From the sequence record PQ400055.1: a stretch of 64,000 bases of DNA. One strand, 5' to 3'. Below the pieces are notes generated by a model, which was given only the letters and a program-made list of their open reading frames with translations, did no database searches and was not told the DNA's origin. Numbering within the stretch: the first letter of the stretch is position 1; the number at the start of each line of letters is the position of its first letter. The stretch is from a phage. A program made the translations under genes and the position numbers. This document shows positions 25,920-36,303 of the stretch, piece by piece.

Positions 25920-28900
25920 TTAAAGCGCCTAGTGTAACTAGCTTGACAATAGAAAAATTGTCTGCTAATCAGGCGTATATCACATGGGATGACGTAGGCG
26001 AAAACTTCTTTTATTTTGTGGAGTTAGCCGAAACCAGAACACGAGACGGGGAGATCATCCCCGTCGATGAGTTAAGCTGGGTAAACCTGGGATATACTGC
26101 CGAACAAAACTGGTTTGAGGATAAAAACCTTTTTCCAGAATATTATTACAAGTTTCGTGTAGCAGTAGCCGCAGAAGGATTTGAACAAAGTAAATGGGTT
26201 GAGACAGAAGAGTTTCAGACATTTAAAACAAACGCATATAATTTTTCTATGATGCGAGAGTTCAACCTTGCAAACGAGTTTATAAAGGAAAAATTTACAT
26301 ACGATAATCGAGAGTATGTCAAGTTTAATACCGACCTTATTCAAGCATCATTGATGAAGGAAGATTTTGTCTTTAGTCCTGAATATGCAAACATGACAAA
26401 TATCTCAAACTACATTGTAGTTGATGAGAACTTTCATGAAATACAGGACCACATAGAAAAAGTTTGTACTGATATAAACCGCACTATGTTAGCGGAAATG
26501 AACGGTGTTTTGTACCTTTTCGAACGGTTCCAGCCGATCGTGAAAGTGTCAAATGATAAAGGTCAATCATGGAAAGCATACAAGGCTTTTAATGACCGTG
26601 TAGGTAATCCGGTTTCCCGTACATGCGTTTATCAGTCTAAAACCACTACTTACGTTTTAGGATATGACCGAATCTTTTACGGACGACAAGCGAGCGATAC
26701 TCGATGGAGCGCGGACGATGTTCGATTTAGTGATGATACGATCACTTTTGCAAAGGTCGGTGACGAAAACGATTTAGGCTTTGACGTTGAGGTCTTTGGT
26801 GTATTTTCCAGATTAACAGGTGATACCACAAAATACGCCGAAGCTATGGCGTGTAGTGATGACTATTTGTGGGTTGGTGCTAAAGATGTTATTCGCCGGA
26901 TTCGTCTTAAGAATACTCCTGTTGATACCGTACAGGGTTCGCCTACGTTTGGAGAAAAAATATTCGATCCTGATGTTATCCGAGTAACAGGAAATGATAA
27001 AGCTGTCATTCAGAAAATGGATGTGATCGACGGTAAATTGCTTGTATTTGTTACGGGTGAAGTTAAACAGCGTTATCAAGATCCAACTAAACCAGAAAAC
27101 GTTGTTCCGTCAGATGATGCGGGTGTATACTTAATAGGGAGTGATGGTCTGTCTTTTCAGAGAGTATTTGGCAACACTCCGCAGGAAAGGGAATATATTC
27201 AGCATGGGTTCAGTAATATGTCAACCAATGGTGATGAGGTGTTCATAAGCCATTATAATCATCACTTCGAAAGCATTTTACCTGATCCAGAAACTGCCGA
27301 GAAATATGAATTGGGCGAAGCTGTAAAATATTCTCAGGAGCCAACTTATCTAACTGATAAGAAAATACATCAAACTACTTTCAGAGCAAGTTATGATGAT
27401 TTGCGTATTTGGGAGTTAGGACCGCAAGCGTATTATAACGAGGCTGATTATACATGGATGCGTCGAAACGGTGTCCGTGTGTGGATCACAAATGATAATC
27501 GCCCGTTGGTTGTTTATCCAGAGGTTATCTATACTCAAGAAGTTGATACGTCTGGCATTCTTGACCAAAATAGGGTCAACCGAGAAGTTTATGATAAAGG
27601 GACCGTGACCTGTTATCTTAACAATGTTAAATTTGAAGGATTCAAACAATATGCATCCGGTGTAATGTTCCATAAAAACACAGGAGAGATCATAGGATTC
27701 TATCAATTTAATTATCGTGTTCGTGATCAGGTTGGTGTATATTGGAAACCTACAAATGTAGCATTTGTTGCTGAATTGCAAAATCAGGTTCGAGAGGTTC
27801 CCTGGGTTCCGGTTCACTACGATCGAGAGCAAGATCCAGATTTGCGGCCTTTACTGAATAAGATGACCCCTGATAGCTTTTTACTTGAGAACGAAAATTT
27901 CAGAAAATTCTCTGAATATTATCTGCAATTCTTAAGCGATGGTTCAGGAACATATTATAATAAACTAAAAAATCTGATTAAAAACAAATATCCACGCGAG
28001 AAAGATGCATATGAGTATCTTTGGTCAGAGATGAACAAACGAAACATCTATGCAGATAAAAACAAGCGAGATGCGGTAGTAAGATTCTTTGAATCCCGCA
28101 AATCAGATTTTTATTCCACTAAGGGCGTGGAGGCTTCTTATAAGTTCTTGTTTAAGTTACTTTATAATGAAGATGTGGAAATTGAGGTTGAATCACAAGC
28201 CGGACTAGAGTATGATATTGTTGTTAGTTCAACGAACATTGACGAGGATATCGTAGGTCGCACGATTTATACTCCAACCGGACGGGCTAACGTGACGTAT
28301 CTTGAAAGGGAATATGAAGGTGGTCGCCTACGCTGGCGAGTAACCATTCATAACCTGATCGGGCGGTTCGAAGAAGGTCAAGTGATCAAATCAGAGAAAA
28401 CAGCGTTTGAAGGGATGATCCTTGTTGGTGTACGTGGTAAAGAGTTGTTGAGTAGTTCAATCGACTATATCAACCGCTCACGAAGCCAATACACCATGAA
28501 GATTAAAAGTGCATTGCCAGTTTCGCGCTATGCAAATGATGTAATGCGATTCGTTCATCCTGTCGGCTTTGGGTTTATCGGTGTTACCCTGCTTACAATG
28601 TTCATTAACAGCGGGTTAAGCATGAAGCACACCGAGACTATAATTCAATCTCTGAAAAATTATAAGTTTGACAGCGGATTGCCTAGCGTGTATCCTGATC
28701 GGGTGGCAGACCTTGACGTTGACGGAAACATTAAGAAAGACCCGCTTACCGGAAAAGCATTATATTTGACTTCACCTTTAATTGGTGAAGAATTTCCGGT
28801 TCCTCCTGAATATGATCAGGAGAACAGCGAATTGTTCCACGGACTTAAAGCAAGCGAACGAAGATTTGCAATGAGTCCACTGTTTGACCAGTCGGCGGTA

Positions 28901-29002
28901 ACATTCTCTATGTTCCGTGAACTTGTAGATAAACGGTTGAAGGATAATATAGGGAATCCACGCGATCCGAAGAATCCGACACAGAGGAAAATTAATGGCT
29001 AA
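25916..29002 (+). CDS. 7: baseplate wedge protein gp7
   Basis: 1028 aa, synteny. Confidence 0.85.
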   Translation: MIKAPSVTSLTIEKLSANQAYITWDDVGENFFYFVELAETRTRDGEIIPVDELSWVNLGYTAEQNWFEDKNLFPEYYYKFRVAVAAEGFEQSKWVETEEFQTFKTNAYNFSMMREFNLANEFIKEKFTYDNREYVKFNTDLIQASLMKEDFVFSPEYANMTNISNYIVVDENFHEIQDHIEKVCTDINRTMLAEMNGVLYLFERFQPIVKVSNDKGQSWKAYKAFNDRVGNPVSRTCVYQSKTTTYVLGYDRIFYGRQASDTRWSADDVRFSDDTITFAKVGDENDLGFDVEVFGVFSRLTGDTTKYAEAMACSDDYLWVGAKDVIRRIRLKNTPVDTVQGSPTFGEKIFDPDVIRVTGNDKAVIQKMDVIDGKLLVFVTGEVKQRYQDPTKPENVVPSDDAGVYLIGSDGLSFQRVFGNTPQEREYIQHGFSNMSTNGDEVFISHYNHHFESILPDPETAEKYELGEAVKYSQEPTYLTDKKIHQTTFRASYDDLRIWELGPQAYYNEADYTWMRRNGVRVWITNDNRPLVVYPEVIYTQEVDTSGILDQNRVNREVYDKGTVTCYLNNVKFEGFKQYASGVMFHKNTGEIIGFYQFNYRVRDQVGVYWKPTNVAFVAELQNQVREVPWVPVHYDREQDPDLRPLLNKMTPDSFLLENENFRKFSEYYLQFLSDGSGTYYNKLKNLIKNKYPREKDAYEYLWSEMNKRNIYADKNKRDAVVRFFESRKSDFYSTKGVEASYKFLFKLLYNEDVEIEVESQAGLEYDIVVSSTNIDEDIVGRTIYTPTGRANVTYLEREYEGGRLRWRVTIHNLIGRFEEGQVIKSEKTAFEGMILVGVRGKELLSSSIDYINRSRSQYTMKIKSALPVSRYANDVMRFVHPVGFGFIGVTLLTMFINSGLSMKHTETIIQSLKNYKFDSGLPSVYPDRVADLDVDGNIKKDPLTGKALYLTSPLIGEEFPVPPEYDQENSELFHGLKASERRFAMSPLFDQSAVTFSMFRELVDKRLKDNIGNPRDPKNPTQRKING

Positions 29003-29990
29003 TGAAAATAGTGTGATCTATCGCTCAATCATTACTAGCAAATTCAGAACAGAAAAACTTCTGAACTTCTATAATTCTGTAGGCGATGGAGCAAATCAAA
29101 TTACAATTTATGGAACGTTTGGACGTTCGGAGCCGTGGTCAGAAAACGAAAAAGAGGTGGGCTTTGCCCCACCTTATCCGACCGATTCAACGGCTGGTGT
29201 TGTTGACATGTGGACCCATATGATGGGGGCGGTTAAGATTAACAAATCACTTCTTGATGCGGTTATCCCTCGTAAAGATTGGGGTGATACCGGACAGGAT
29301 AACCCGCGCACGTTCTTTATCAATGACATTGTTGTCGTAAACTCAGCACCATATAACCGTACAGATGTTGGTAGCGGCTGGATGGTTTACCGTGTAACCG
29401 ATGTTCCTGATCGCGGTTACTGCTCTATTTCAAGCATTGACGCTAAAGTAGAGTGTTTGAAGCTGGGCGGAAAGTGGACACCTACCCATGAATCAATTGC
29501 GCCACCTGTAGGAAAGGGCGATTCTATTGATATGGGTGATGGATATCGTTGGGAATATCTGTACACAATTCCACCTGATGCGGCGATCAACCGTTGCACC
29601 AATGAACATATTGTTGTACCGTTCCCCGATGAACTGCGACAAGATCCGGCGCGTTGGGGCTATGACAATGTGATCACCTGGTATAATGACTATAATCTGC
29701 TTTATCGGCTGAAAGTAGTAACTTTGCGTTTTCAGGCTTATATGGACTCTGCGCAATTCCCAACTACCGCGTTAGTGGGTAATACTGGTTTCCGTCAGTT
29801 AAGCATTATCCTTAACCCATTGGAAAAGAAAGCACGCCCTAGCGATCCAGACGTTAAAGCGGTTGAAGATAAGTACCGACCGCAAGACTTAGAGCCACAC
29901 TCAGGCGAAATGATCTACATGGAAAACCGACAACCTATCGTTCGGTCATTAGATCAAACAGAACTTGTTTCTGTATTGTTTGAGTTCTAA
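28995..29990 (+). CDS. 8: baseplate wedge protein gp8
   Basis: 331 aa, synteny. Confidence 0.85.
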   Translation: MANENSVIYRSIITSKFRTEKLLNFYNSVGDGANQITIYGTFGRSEPWSENEKEVGFAPPYPTDSTAGVVDMWTHMMGAVKINKSLLDAVIPRKDWGDTGQDNPRTFFINDIVVVNSAPYNRTDVGSGWMVYRVTDVPDRGYCSISSIDAKVECLKLGGKWTPTHESIAPPVGKGDSIDMGDGYRWEYLYTIPPDAAINRCTNEHIVVPFPDELRQDPARWGYDNVITWYNDYNLLYRLKVVTLRFQAYMDSAQFPTTALVGNTGFRQLSIILNPLEKKARPSDPDVKAVEDKYRPQDLEPHSGEMIYMENRQPIVRSLDQTELVSVLFEF

Positions 29991-30004
29991 GTGTATGATT
30001 TAAA

Positions 30005-30038
30005 AGCCAATTCGAGAGAGTTGGCTTTTTCTGTTTTT
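30005..30038 (+). terminator. intrinsic terminator after gp8
   Basis: Hairpin agccaa-ttcgagagag-ttggct followed by TTTTTCTGTTTTT. Confidence 0.65.
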
Positions 30039-30042
30039 GGTG

Positions 30043-30070
30043 TTGACAATCTTGTCTGGTAAGGTATAAT
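30043..30070 (+). promoter_or_regulatory. sigma70-type promoter (TTGACA-N16-TATAAT) driving inserted cassette
   Basis: gTTGACAatcttgtctggtaaggTATAATgc, then GGAGGA SD and ATG at 30100. Confidence 0.7.
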
Positions 30071-30099
30071 GCTCACATCTAAACAACGGAGGATAAATT

Positions 30100-30357
30100 A
30101 TGGCACGTCGTAAATTTACAGATAATTGTGAAGCAATTCAGGTATCCCCTTGCGGTTGGGATGTGATCGCGAACGGTGAAAAGATCGGAGAGATCATCGA
30201 TCATACTCATTCATCACTAGCCGATTACACCGATGAACTATGGGAGGGTATCAACTTCATGAATGACACTAAACGATTCAAGACTATCGACGAAGCTATC
30301 TATTTTGTGTATAATCCAACTTTCGGTATGTGGGGAACTAGAAAATGGCACGCGTAA
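30100..30357 (+). CDS. hypothetical protein (85 aa), cassette gene A
   Basis: ORF with strong SD; begins MAR. Confidence 0.6.
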   Translation: MARRKFTDNCEAIQVSPCGWDVIANGEKIGEIIDHTHSSLADYTDELWEGINFMNDTKRFKTIDEAIYFVYNPTFGMWGTRKWHA

Positions 30358-30677
30358 ACATTAAACTACACTACACAATGGGTAAAGCTAAGTTCCCAAT
30401 GCAAAAGCATTACTATGGTCTACGTGCACAAGATCCAAAACTCTATGGTACTCATTGGTTTTGTAAACATGATAACCAATGGCACACATACGAAGAAATG
30501 CACGAGATGATGAAACAGGGTATTGAATTGAGTTATTCTAATTATGACCATCGTATAACTTGCATTCGAAAATTGAAACGATGGATTCGTAAGAATCCGC
30601 AATTTAAAAACTTTGTGTTCTTTATGTCTCATGTTTATTTGGGACATAGCGTTACCGTCACAGCAAAGGTTAAATAA
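30345..30677 (+). CDS. hypothetical His/Cys-containing protein (110 aa), cassette gene B
   Basis: ORF translationally coupled to A; begins MAR. Confidence 0.6.
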   Translation: MARVNIKLHYTMGKAKFPMQKHYYGLRAQDPKLYGTHWFCKHDNQWHTYEEMHEMMKQGIELSYSNYDHRITCIRKLKRWIRKNPQFKNFVFFMSHVYLGHSVTVTAKVK

Positions 30678-31516
30678 TGGCACGACTTTCTAAACAAGAA
30701 CAAAAATTACACGATCGGGTGATGGAGTTGATTAATTCAGATCGCCCATTGACATATGAAGAAAAAGAATTTTGCTATAATAACTATCATGGCGATGGTC
30801 TAGGCGGTTCAGGTGCATTCTTTACCCCAGAAGGGCTTGCATGGGATTTTACCATCGATGCACATTGCACAGGAAAAGTATTAGATCTTTGTGCTGGGAT
30901 CGGTCTCTTATCTTTTTGTATGTTACATCGTTGTAAGCCAGAAAAGATCGTATGCGTCGAACTCAATCCAGAATTTGCGCGGATTGGCAAGCGACTATTA
31001 CCGGAGGCAGAATGGATCACCAGCGATGTATTCGAATTTGAGTCAAACGAAAAATTCGATGTGGTGATCAGCAATCCACCTTTCGGGAAAATCAATACAA
31101 CCAACACAAAGGATGTATTTGAGTACACTGGCGGCGAATTTGAATTTAAGGTTATGACATTAGGCCAGAAGTTTGCCGATGTTGGCTATTTTATTGTTCC
31201 TGTGGGTTCCGCTGGTTTTGCTTATTCCGGCAGACCTTATTATGACGGGACCATGAAGTCTAATAAATATCTAAAATGGAGCAAACAAACTGGTTTGGTG
31301 ACTTATGCCGGATGTGGGATCGATACATCAATCTATCGCGATGAATGGCACAGTACCAACGTTTTAACAGAAGTGGTTGAGGTTCGGTATTACGAGAAAG
31401 AAGCCGTAGAAGCGCCTAAATCACGCCCTAACGAACAAATAGAAGAAAGTAAGGAGATTACCTTACCGAAACAGGAAAGCGAGTCTGGGACGCTCTCAGA
31501 TTTGTTTGACATTTAA
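30677..31516 (+). CDS. SAM-dependent methyltransferase (amino-MTase type, NPPF motif)
   Basis: Motif I VLDLCAGIGLL, motif IV VVISNPPFG; start overlaps B stop (TAATG). Confidence 0.75.
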   Translation: MARLSKQEQKLHDRVMELINSDRPLTYEEKEFCYNNYHGDGLGGSGAFFTPEGLAWDFTIDAHCTGKVLDLCAGIGLLSFCMLHRCKPEKIVCVELNPEFARIGKRLLPEAEWITSDVFEFESNEKFDVVISNPPFGKINTTNTKDVFEYTGGEFEFKVMTLGQKFADVGYFIVPVGSAGFAYSGRPYYDGTMKSNKYLKWSKQTGLVTYAGCGIDTSIYRDEWHSTNVLTEVVEVRYYEKEAVEAPKSRPNEQIEESKEITLPKQESESGTLSDLFDI

Positions 31517-31520
31517 TTAT

Positions 31521-31547
31521 AAGCCGTCCTCGTGGGCGGCTTTTTTG
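31521..31547 (+). terminator. intrinsic terminator after cassette
   Basis: Hairpin gccgtcc-tcgtg-ggcggc followed by TTTTTT. Confidence 0.6.
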
Positions 31548-31556
31548 TATGTATTT

Positions 31557-31564
31557 TATAAATA
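31557..31564 (+). promoter_or_regulatory. T4-type late promoter TATAAATA
   Basis: Exact TATAAATA upstream of gp9. Confidence 0.6.
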
Positions 31565-31591
31565 ATACATCATAACATGAGGAATTAAACA

Positions 31592-32446
31592 ATGGCACAA
31601 GTTCCAAAGAAAAGAATAGACACAGGTACTGTCGGCAATCCATCGACTGGCGATATCTTATATGATGGCGGTAATAAAATTAACGATAACTTTGATTCAA
31701 TATATGACGCATTTGCTGATCAGCGGTTTAAAGACGTAGACCACGGCGTGGGAAGAATGGTTATTCATGCAACCGGATACTATCAGAAGCATCCACGTCA
31801 AAGCTACGCTGGTTCTGCTGTTGAGATTGGGAGTCTACACGATATCGATACAACTCAAGGCGCACTTATTGCTATTCTACCTAAAGCAAAGGTCGGTGAG
31901 GGTGTTGTATTCATAAATAGTAACGGTAGCCTTTCAACGACGACACCGCTCAATATTCGAACTCAAGCAGGTGATTCTATTAGCGGTTATTCCGGTGATG
32001 CTACAATAACACAACCATTTTCAAAAGTCACTGTTTGGTGTACTGCCGTTGAAGGTAGTCGCGTAACATGGCGATTGGGTATCGAAAGTATGTTTACCGA
32101 TACAACAACGCCATTAGATAAAACAGTTAACGTAACTGGAGTAGCAACAAACGTTGCTATTGCCGCAAAAACAGAATACGTTTCCATCAAATTATTAACT
32201 ACCGCTAGCAATACATCCGGTTCAAAAATGCGTTCAAGTGAAACGCTACTGATGATTGATTCTAAAGCCGGAAAAGTTTATGCGACGGAATATGCAGTTT
32301 TGCAGAAGACAGAAGATGAACTATACACGGTTCGTTATTTCATCGGTTCCGGCGATAAAGTATATGCAGAGTATAAGGCTACTGGCGAAAATATTCGTTT
32401 AGCAGTTAAAGCCGTAGACACTATTAAAATCGGGGTTGCTACATGA
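31592..32446 (+). CDS. 9: baseplate wedge/tail-fibre socket protein gp9
   Basis: MAQVPKKRIDTGTVGNPSTGDILYDGGNKIN matches T4 gp9 N-terminus as recalled. Confidence 0.9.
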   Translation: MAQVPKKRIDTGTVGNPSTGDILYDGGNKINDNFDSIYDAFADQRFKDVDHGVGRMVIHATGYYQKHPRQSYAGSAVEIGSLHDIDTTQGALIAILPKAKVGEGVVFINSNGSLSTTTPLNIRTQAGDSISGYSGDATITQPFSKVTVWCTAVEGSRVTWRLGIESMFTDTTTPLDKTVNVTGVATNVAIAAKTEYVSIKLLTTASNTSGSKMRSSETLLMIDSKAGKVYATEYAVLQKTEDELYTVRYFIGSGDKVYAEYKATGENIRLAVKAVDTIKIGVAT

Positions 32447-34245
32447 AACAATTAATTAATATCGGTAACGTTGTTGATGACGGTACAGGTGATTATCTAA
32501 GAAAAGGCGGTCAAAAGATTAATGACAACTTTTCTGAACTTTATACTAAGCTGGGGGATGGTGATATCCCTCATGCATCCGGCGCGTGGAAAACTCACAC
32601 ACAACCAGTATTAAAACCAAATTTTGGTGATGCATGGGCGATTAATACAACGAACAACGCTGTTTCTGTTGAATTGCCTAAAGGAAGCGCGAGTGATTAT
32701 AATAAAACAATTAAACTTCGTGATGTTTGGCGCTCATGGGCTGCACATAACGTAACGTTGAAGCCAGCGCAAGGTGATACCATTAAGGGATCTCCAATCG
32801 ACCGTGAGTTGTATAAAGATTTCATGGATGTTGAATTGGTTTATTGTGCGCCCGGACGTTGGGAATATGTCGAAAATAAACGAGTAGATACTATCACCAC
32901 TTCCGATTTAAGCACAGTCGCTAAGGAAGTTTATATTGCAACCGAAGGACAAACAGACTTCCCTAATGTGTTTGGTTCCAATACTTACAATATTCGAAAT
33001 GTTGAAGTGTATTATCGCGGTAACTTGCTTTATTATGGCAAGGATTTAACCGATGATTCTAACTATGGTTCAATCGGTGAAAACGGTGATATTGTTCCTC
33101 TTGACGGTAAAAGCATTAAATTACGCTTCCCTTGTTCGGCGGGTGATACCATTCAAATCATCACTTATATGGACGGTATCGCATCCTTCCGGTCAAGCTA
33201 TATTACTCATACAATCCGCGTTTATGAAACAGGAATGACCACTTTGGAATCCATCCCTGGTGAAGTTTGGGTCGGTGAACTTGCTAATAAGAAAGAGTTT
33301 ACTAATGCTGAATTAGGCGTAAGTAAGCGAGATCTTATTAACCCAAATTCATTTGAATTGCTGATCAACGGCACACAAATGATTAAAGCGGGTGATGCGG
33401 ATTTACCTTCCTTTATTTGTGAAGGTGCTGACGGTGAAACGGAAGAAACCTGCGTACTTGCTGGCGGTCAATGGGTGGAATCTGGTGAAGATTATTCATT
33501 AATGTTTGACGAAAACAGCGTGGTGACTGGTATTAAATTATCTAAAGCACTAGATAACAGAGACACTATCACAATTCGCTGGTTTAATAATGATATCGGA
33601 ACATTAATGGAATGGGACGGTGTAGGCGGTATTAAAGAAAAAGCAGATAAAATCTATCTTAATAACGAAGATGAAGTTACTCTGACAAATCGAATTGAAT
33701 ATACCGATTTCCAGAATCCAAGCCAAGCAACTAAACGCCCAATGGAAGATTATACAGGTCGTGTGATGGATATCTATTCCATCTTTGATATTTTCCATCC
33801 TATAGGCACAATTTATGAAAACGCGCATAACCCAGCTAACCCGGCGACATATATGGGAATTGGTACATGGGTACGTTATGCGGAAGGAGAATTTCTGGCT
33901 GGTTGGTCTTCTGACGCAAGCGATCAAAACTTCGCACTAAACAACAACGATCTTGATACACATGGTCAACCTACACACACCGCAGGTGGTAACGGTGGTG
34001 ATGTTGCATACCAGATCAAGAAAAATATGATTCCTGAATTACAGAGCAACGATCGAGTTCTTGTAAAAGATGATAACGGAAATATTATTATCGGTGGTTG
34101 TCAGGTAGACCCTGATGCAGTAGGTCCAGCGTTTACCAAATATCGAGAAGATAATGTTAAAGTTAATCAGGGAAATACCGATCCATCAATGATGGGTATT
34201 CTTCCTCCATACAGAACTGTCTATCGTTGGCTAAGGGTAGGTTAA
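32443..34245 (+). CDS. 10: baseplate wedge protein gp10
   Basis: MKQLINIGNVVDDGTGDYLRKGGQKINDNF matches T4 gp10 as recalled. Confidence 0.9.
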   Translation: MKQLINIGNVVDDGTGDYLRKGGQKINDNFSELYTKLGDGDIPHASGAWKTHTQPVLKPNFGDAWAINTTNNAVSVELPKGSASDYNKTIKLRDVWRSWAAHNVTLKPAQGDTIKGSPIDRELYKDFMDVELVYCAPGRWEYVENKRVDTITTSDLSTVAKEVYIATEGQTDFPNVFGSNTYNIRNVEVYYRGNLLYYGKDLTDDSNYGSIGENGDIVPLDGKSIKLRFPCSAGDTIQIITYMDGIASFRSSYITHTIRVYETGMTTLESIPGEVWVGELANKKEFTNAELGVSKRDLINPNSFELLINGTQMIKAGDADLPSFICEGADGETEETCVLAGGQWVESGEDYSLMFDENSVVTGIKLSKALDNRDTITIRWFNNDIGTLMEWDGVGGIKEKADKIYLNNEDEVTLTNRIEYTDFQNPSQATKRPMEDYTGRVMDIYSIFDIFHPIGTIYENAHNPANPATYMGIGTWVRYAEGEFLAGWSSDASDQNFALNNNDLDTHGQPTHTAGGNGGDVAYQIKKNMIPELQSNDRVLVKDDNGNIIIGGCQVDPDAVGPAFTKYREDNVKVNQGNTDPSMMGILPPYRTVYRWLRVG

Positions 34246-34246
34246 T

Positions 34247-34891
34247 ATGATTTCTAAAACACGTTCAAAAGCTAGTGTATTTTCCAGCGATGCGGCGTTT
34301 ATTTCATACGATCCAGGATCGAAAGATCCTGTTATCGGTGGTTCTCGTCCAATTGGTGGCGTTAATGTCGATCAATCAAGAAAAGGTTCCTATGTAAACA
34401 ACGTTCAATCTGCAATTGATGACCTTTATTCATTGTCAATGATCCGAATTGGTGATGTGTTGGTTACAACCGACTCAACTCCACCACAAGCCGCAGGACA
34501 GATTGAAACTCTGTCATTTTCTGGTTCTGTTAACAATCAGCATAATCCAGACGCAAACAAAGTATTAATTGATGTTTTGGGTTATCCATTTATTGTTGAT
34601 GTTGGGTCTTCCGGCGTTTCTCTATGTGAGAAAGTAACGGAAAAATTTACCGAACTAATGAATAAAAACATTATGTTCAAAGAAGTAAAAAGAAAAGGAA
34701 GTAGCAACGACCAATTAGAAATTCATTATATCGATTCTCTTGAACACCCACCAACCGATATTAACAAGTACGGAATTACAATCACAGGAAATGTTGATTC
34801 TCCTGCTCGTGTTGGTTATGGTTCATGGTCTCGAATGGGTACAGAAGAGAAATTTGGAACTACCCTATATTATTTCAAACGTATTGCATAA
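34247..34891 (+). CDS. 11: baseplate wedge protein gp11
   Basis: C-terminus YGITITGN...GYGSW...YYFKRIA resembles T4 gp11. Confidence 0.85.
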   Translation: MISKTRSKASVFSSDAAFISYDPGSKDPVIGGSRPIGGVNVDQSRKGSYVNNVQSAIDDLYSLSMIRIGDVLVTTDSTPPQAAGQIETLSFSGSVNNQHNPDANKVLIDVLGYPFIVDVGSSGVSLCEKVTEKFTELMNKNIMFKEVKRKGSSNDQLEIHYIDSLEHPPTDINKYGITITGNVDSPARVGYGSWSRMGTEEKFGTTLYYFKRIA

Positions 34892-34902
34892 GGTGATGTA
34901 TA

Positions 34903-36303
34903 ATGGCAAACAATACTATTAACCATGTAAAAGACGATGCTCAATACGTCAAGTTTAACCCTGTAAATGATTGGCCTCAAAGCATTACCAACGTACAAGC
35001 GGCTTTAGCCGCTATTAATGGCTTTGCCGTAAATGGATTACCGGACGCTACGGAAGATACAGCCGGGATCGCTGCAATCGCAACTCAGGAAGAAGTAAAC
35101 GACGGCACTGTAGACAATAAGATCGTGACTCCAAAAACACTAGCTGTTAAAATGTCACGTCCAGATGCTACAAAAGAAGTAAAAGGCATTACCCGATTTG
35201 CCACGATGGAAGAATCGCTGCAAGAGAGCAACGAGAACATGGCAATCGGTCCAGACACACTAAACCATTACTTCACCACTAAAAAGGCGTCAGAGAGCGT
35301 TCAGGGGACTATTAAGATATGTTCTCTTGAGGCGGCAAAGATTGGCAGCGATGACACAATGGCAGTAACACCGAAAAAGATGCACACTGCCATTGCACAG
35401 ATTGTGCCGGGATTAATTCCAGATCAAAACACAGCAACCGAAAGCGCACAGGGTTTAGTTCAGTTAGCAACTAATGCGCAGGTTTTACAAGGCCAGATTC
35501 GAGAAGGTTTTGCAATTAGCCCTTATGCATTTGCAAATGCTCGCGCCAATGAGAATCAGGCGGGTACTGTTAAGATCGCCAGCCAGTCACAGATGAATGC
35601 TGGTTCAGATGATACTGTAGTTGTTTCTGCTAAGAAGTTTGCAAGCACTAAGGCAACAACGTCTCAATACGGCATTGTTAAACTACGAGACACCGTAGGA
35701 AGTGAGGCTAACGCTGCACTATCAGCAAATGCTAAGGTTCTTCCGAGCACTGGCGGTACGGTAAGCGGAAACGTCTATAAAGGTTCTAACTCAGACGGCA
35801 ACCAGTTTGTTACTAAAAATGAATTAGCGAATCACGCAATGCCAATTGGTGGTATTATCCTTTCTGGATTCAATGCCGATCGAGGTGACTTTCTGATCTG
35901 TAATGGTCGTTCACTGAATAAAAATCAATATCCGCAATTATTTTCTGCGATTGGTTATACCTTTGGTGGTTCAGGTGACAATTTTAATCTTCCTGATATG
36001 CGCGGTTTAGTTGCTCGTGGTTGCGATCATGGAAGAAACCTTGATCCAGGTCGTCGATTTGGTTCTTATCAAGAAGACGCAATGCAGAGAATTACTGGTA
36101 AATTCCCTGTAGCTGACCGCTGGCGCGGTTGGTATGGTGGAGCATTTACTGCACAGCGCGGTCAATGGAGCACGAACTATAAAAACGGTGGTGGTGATGA
36201 TTGGGGTACTACTGTTAACTTTGACTCAGGAAGATCCGTAAGAACGGCTAACGAGACTCGCGTCAAGAGTCTGGCATTAAACTATATCATAAGGGTGCGC
36301 TAA
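34903..36303 (+). CDS. 12: short tail fibre protein gp12
   Basis: MANNTINHVKDDAQYVKFNP...VQAALAAING matches T4 gp12 N-terminus as recalled; internal repeats. Confidence 0.9.
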   Translation: MANNTINHVKDDAQYVKFNPVNDWPQSITNVQAALAAINGFAVNGLPDATEDTAGIAAIATQEEVNDGTVDNKIVTPKTLAVKMSRPDATKEVKGITRFATMEESLQESNENMAIGPDTLNHYFTTKKASESVQGTIKICSLEAAKIGSDDTMAVTPKKMHTAIAQIVPGLIPDQNTATESAQGLVQLATNAQVLQGQIREGFAISPYAFANARANENQAGTVKIASQSQMNAGSDDTVVVSAKKFASTKATTSQYGIVKLRDTVGSEANAALSANAKVLPSTGGTVSGNVYKGSNSDGNQFVTKNELANHAMPIGGIILSGFNADRGDFLICNGRSLNKNQYPQLFSAIGYTFGGSGDNFNLPDMRGLVARGCDHGRNLDPGRRFGSYQEDAMQRITGKFPVADRWRGWYGGAFTAQRGQWSTNYKNGGGDDWGTTVNFDSGRSVRTANETRVKSLALNYIIRVR

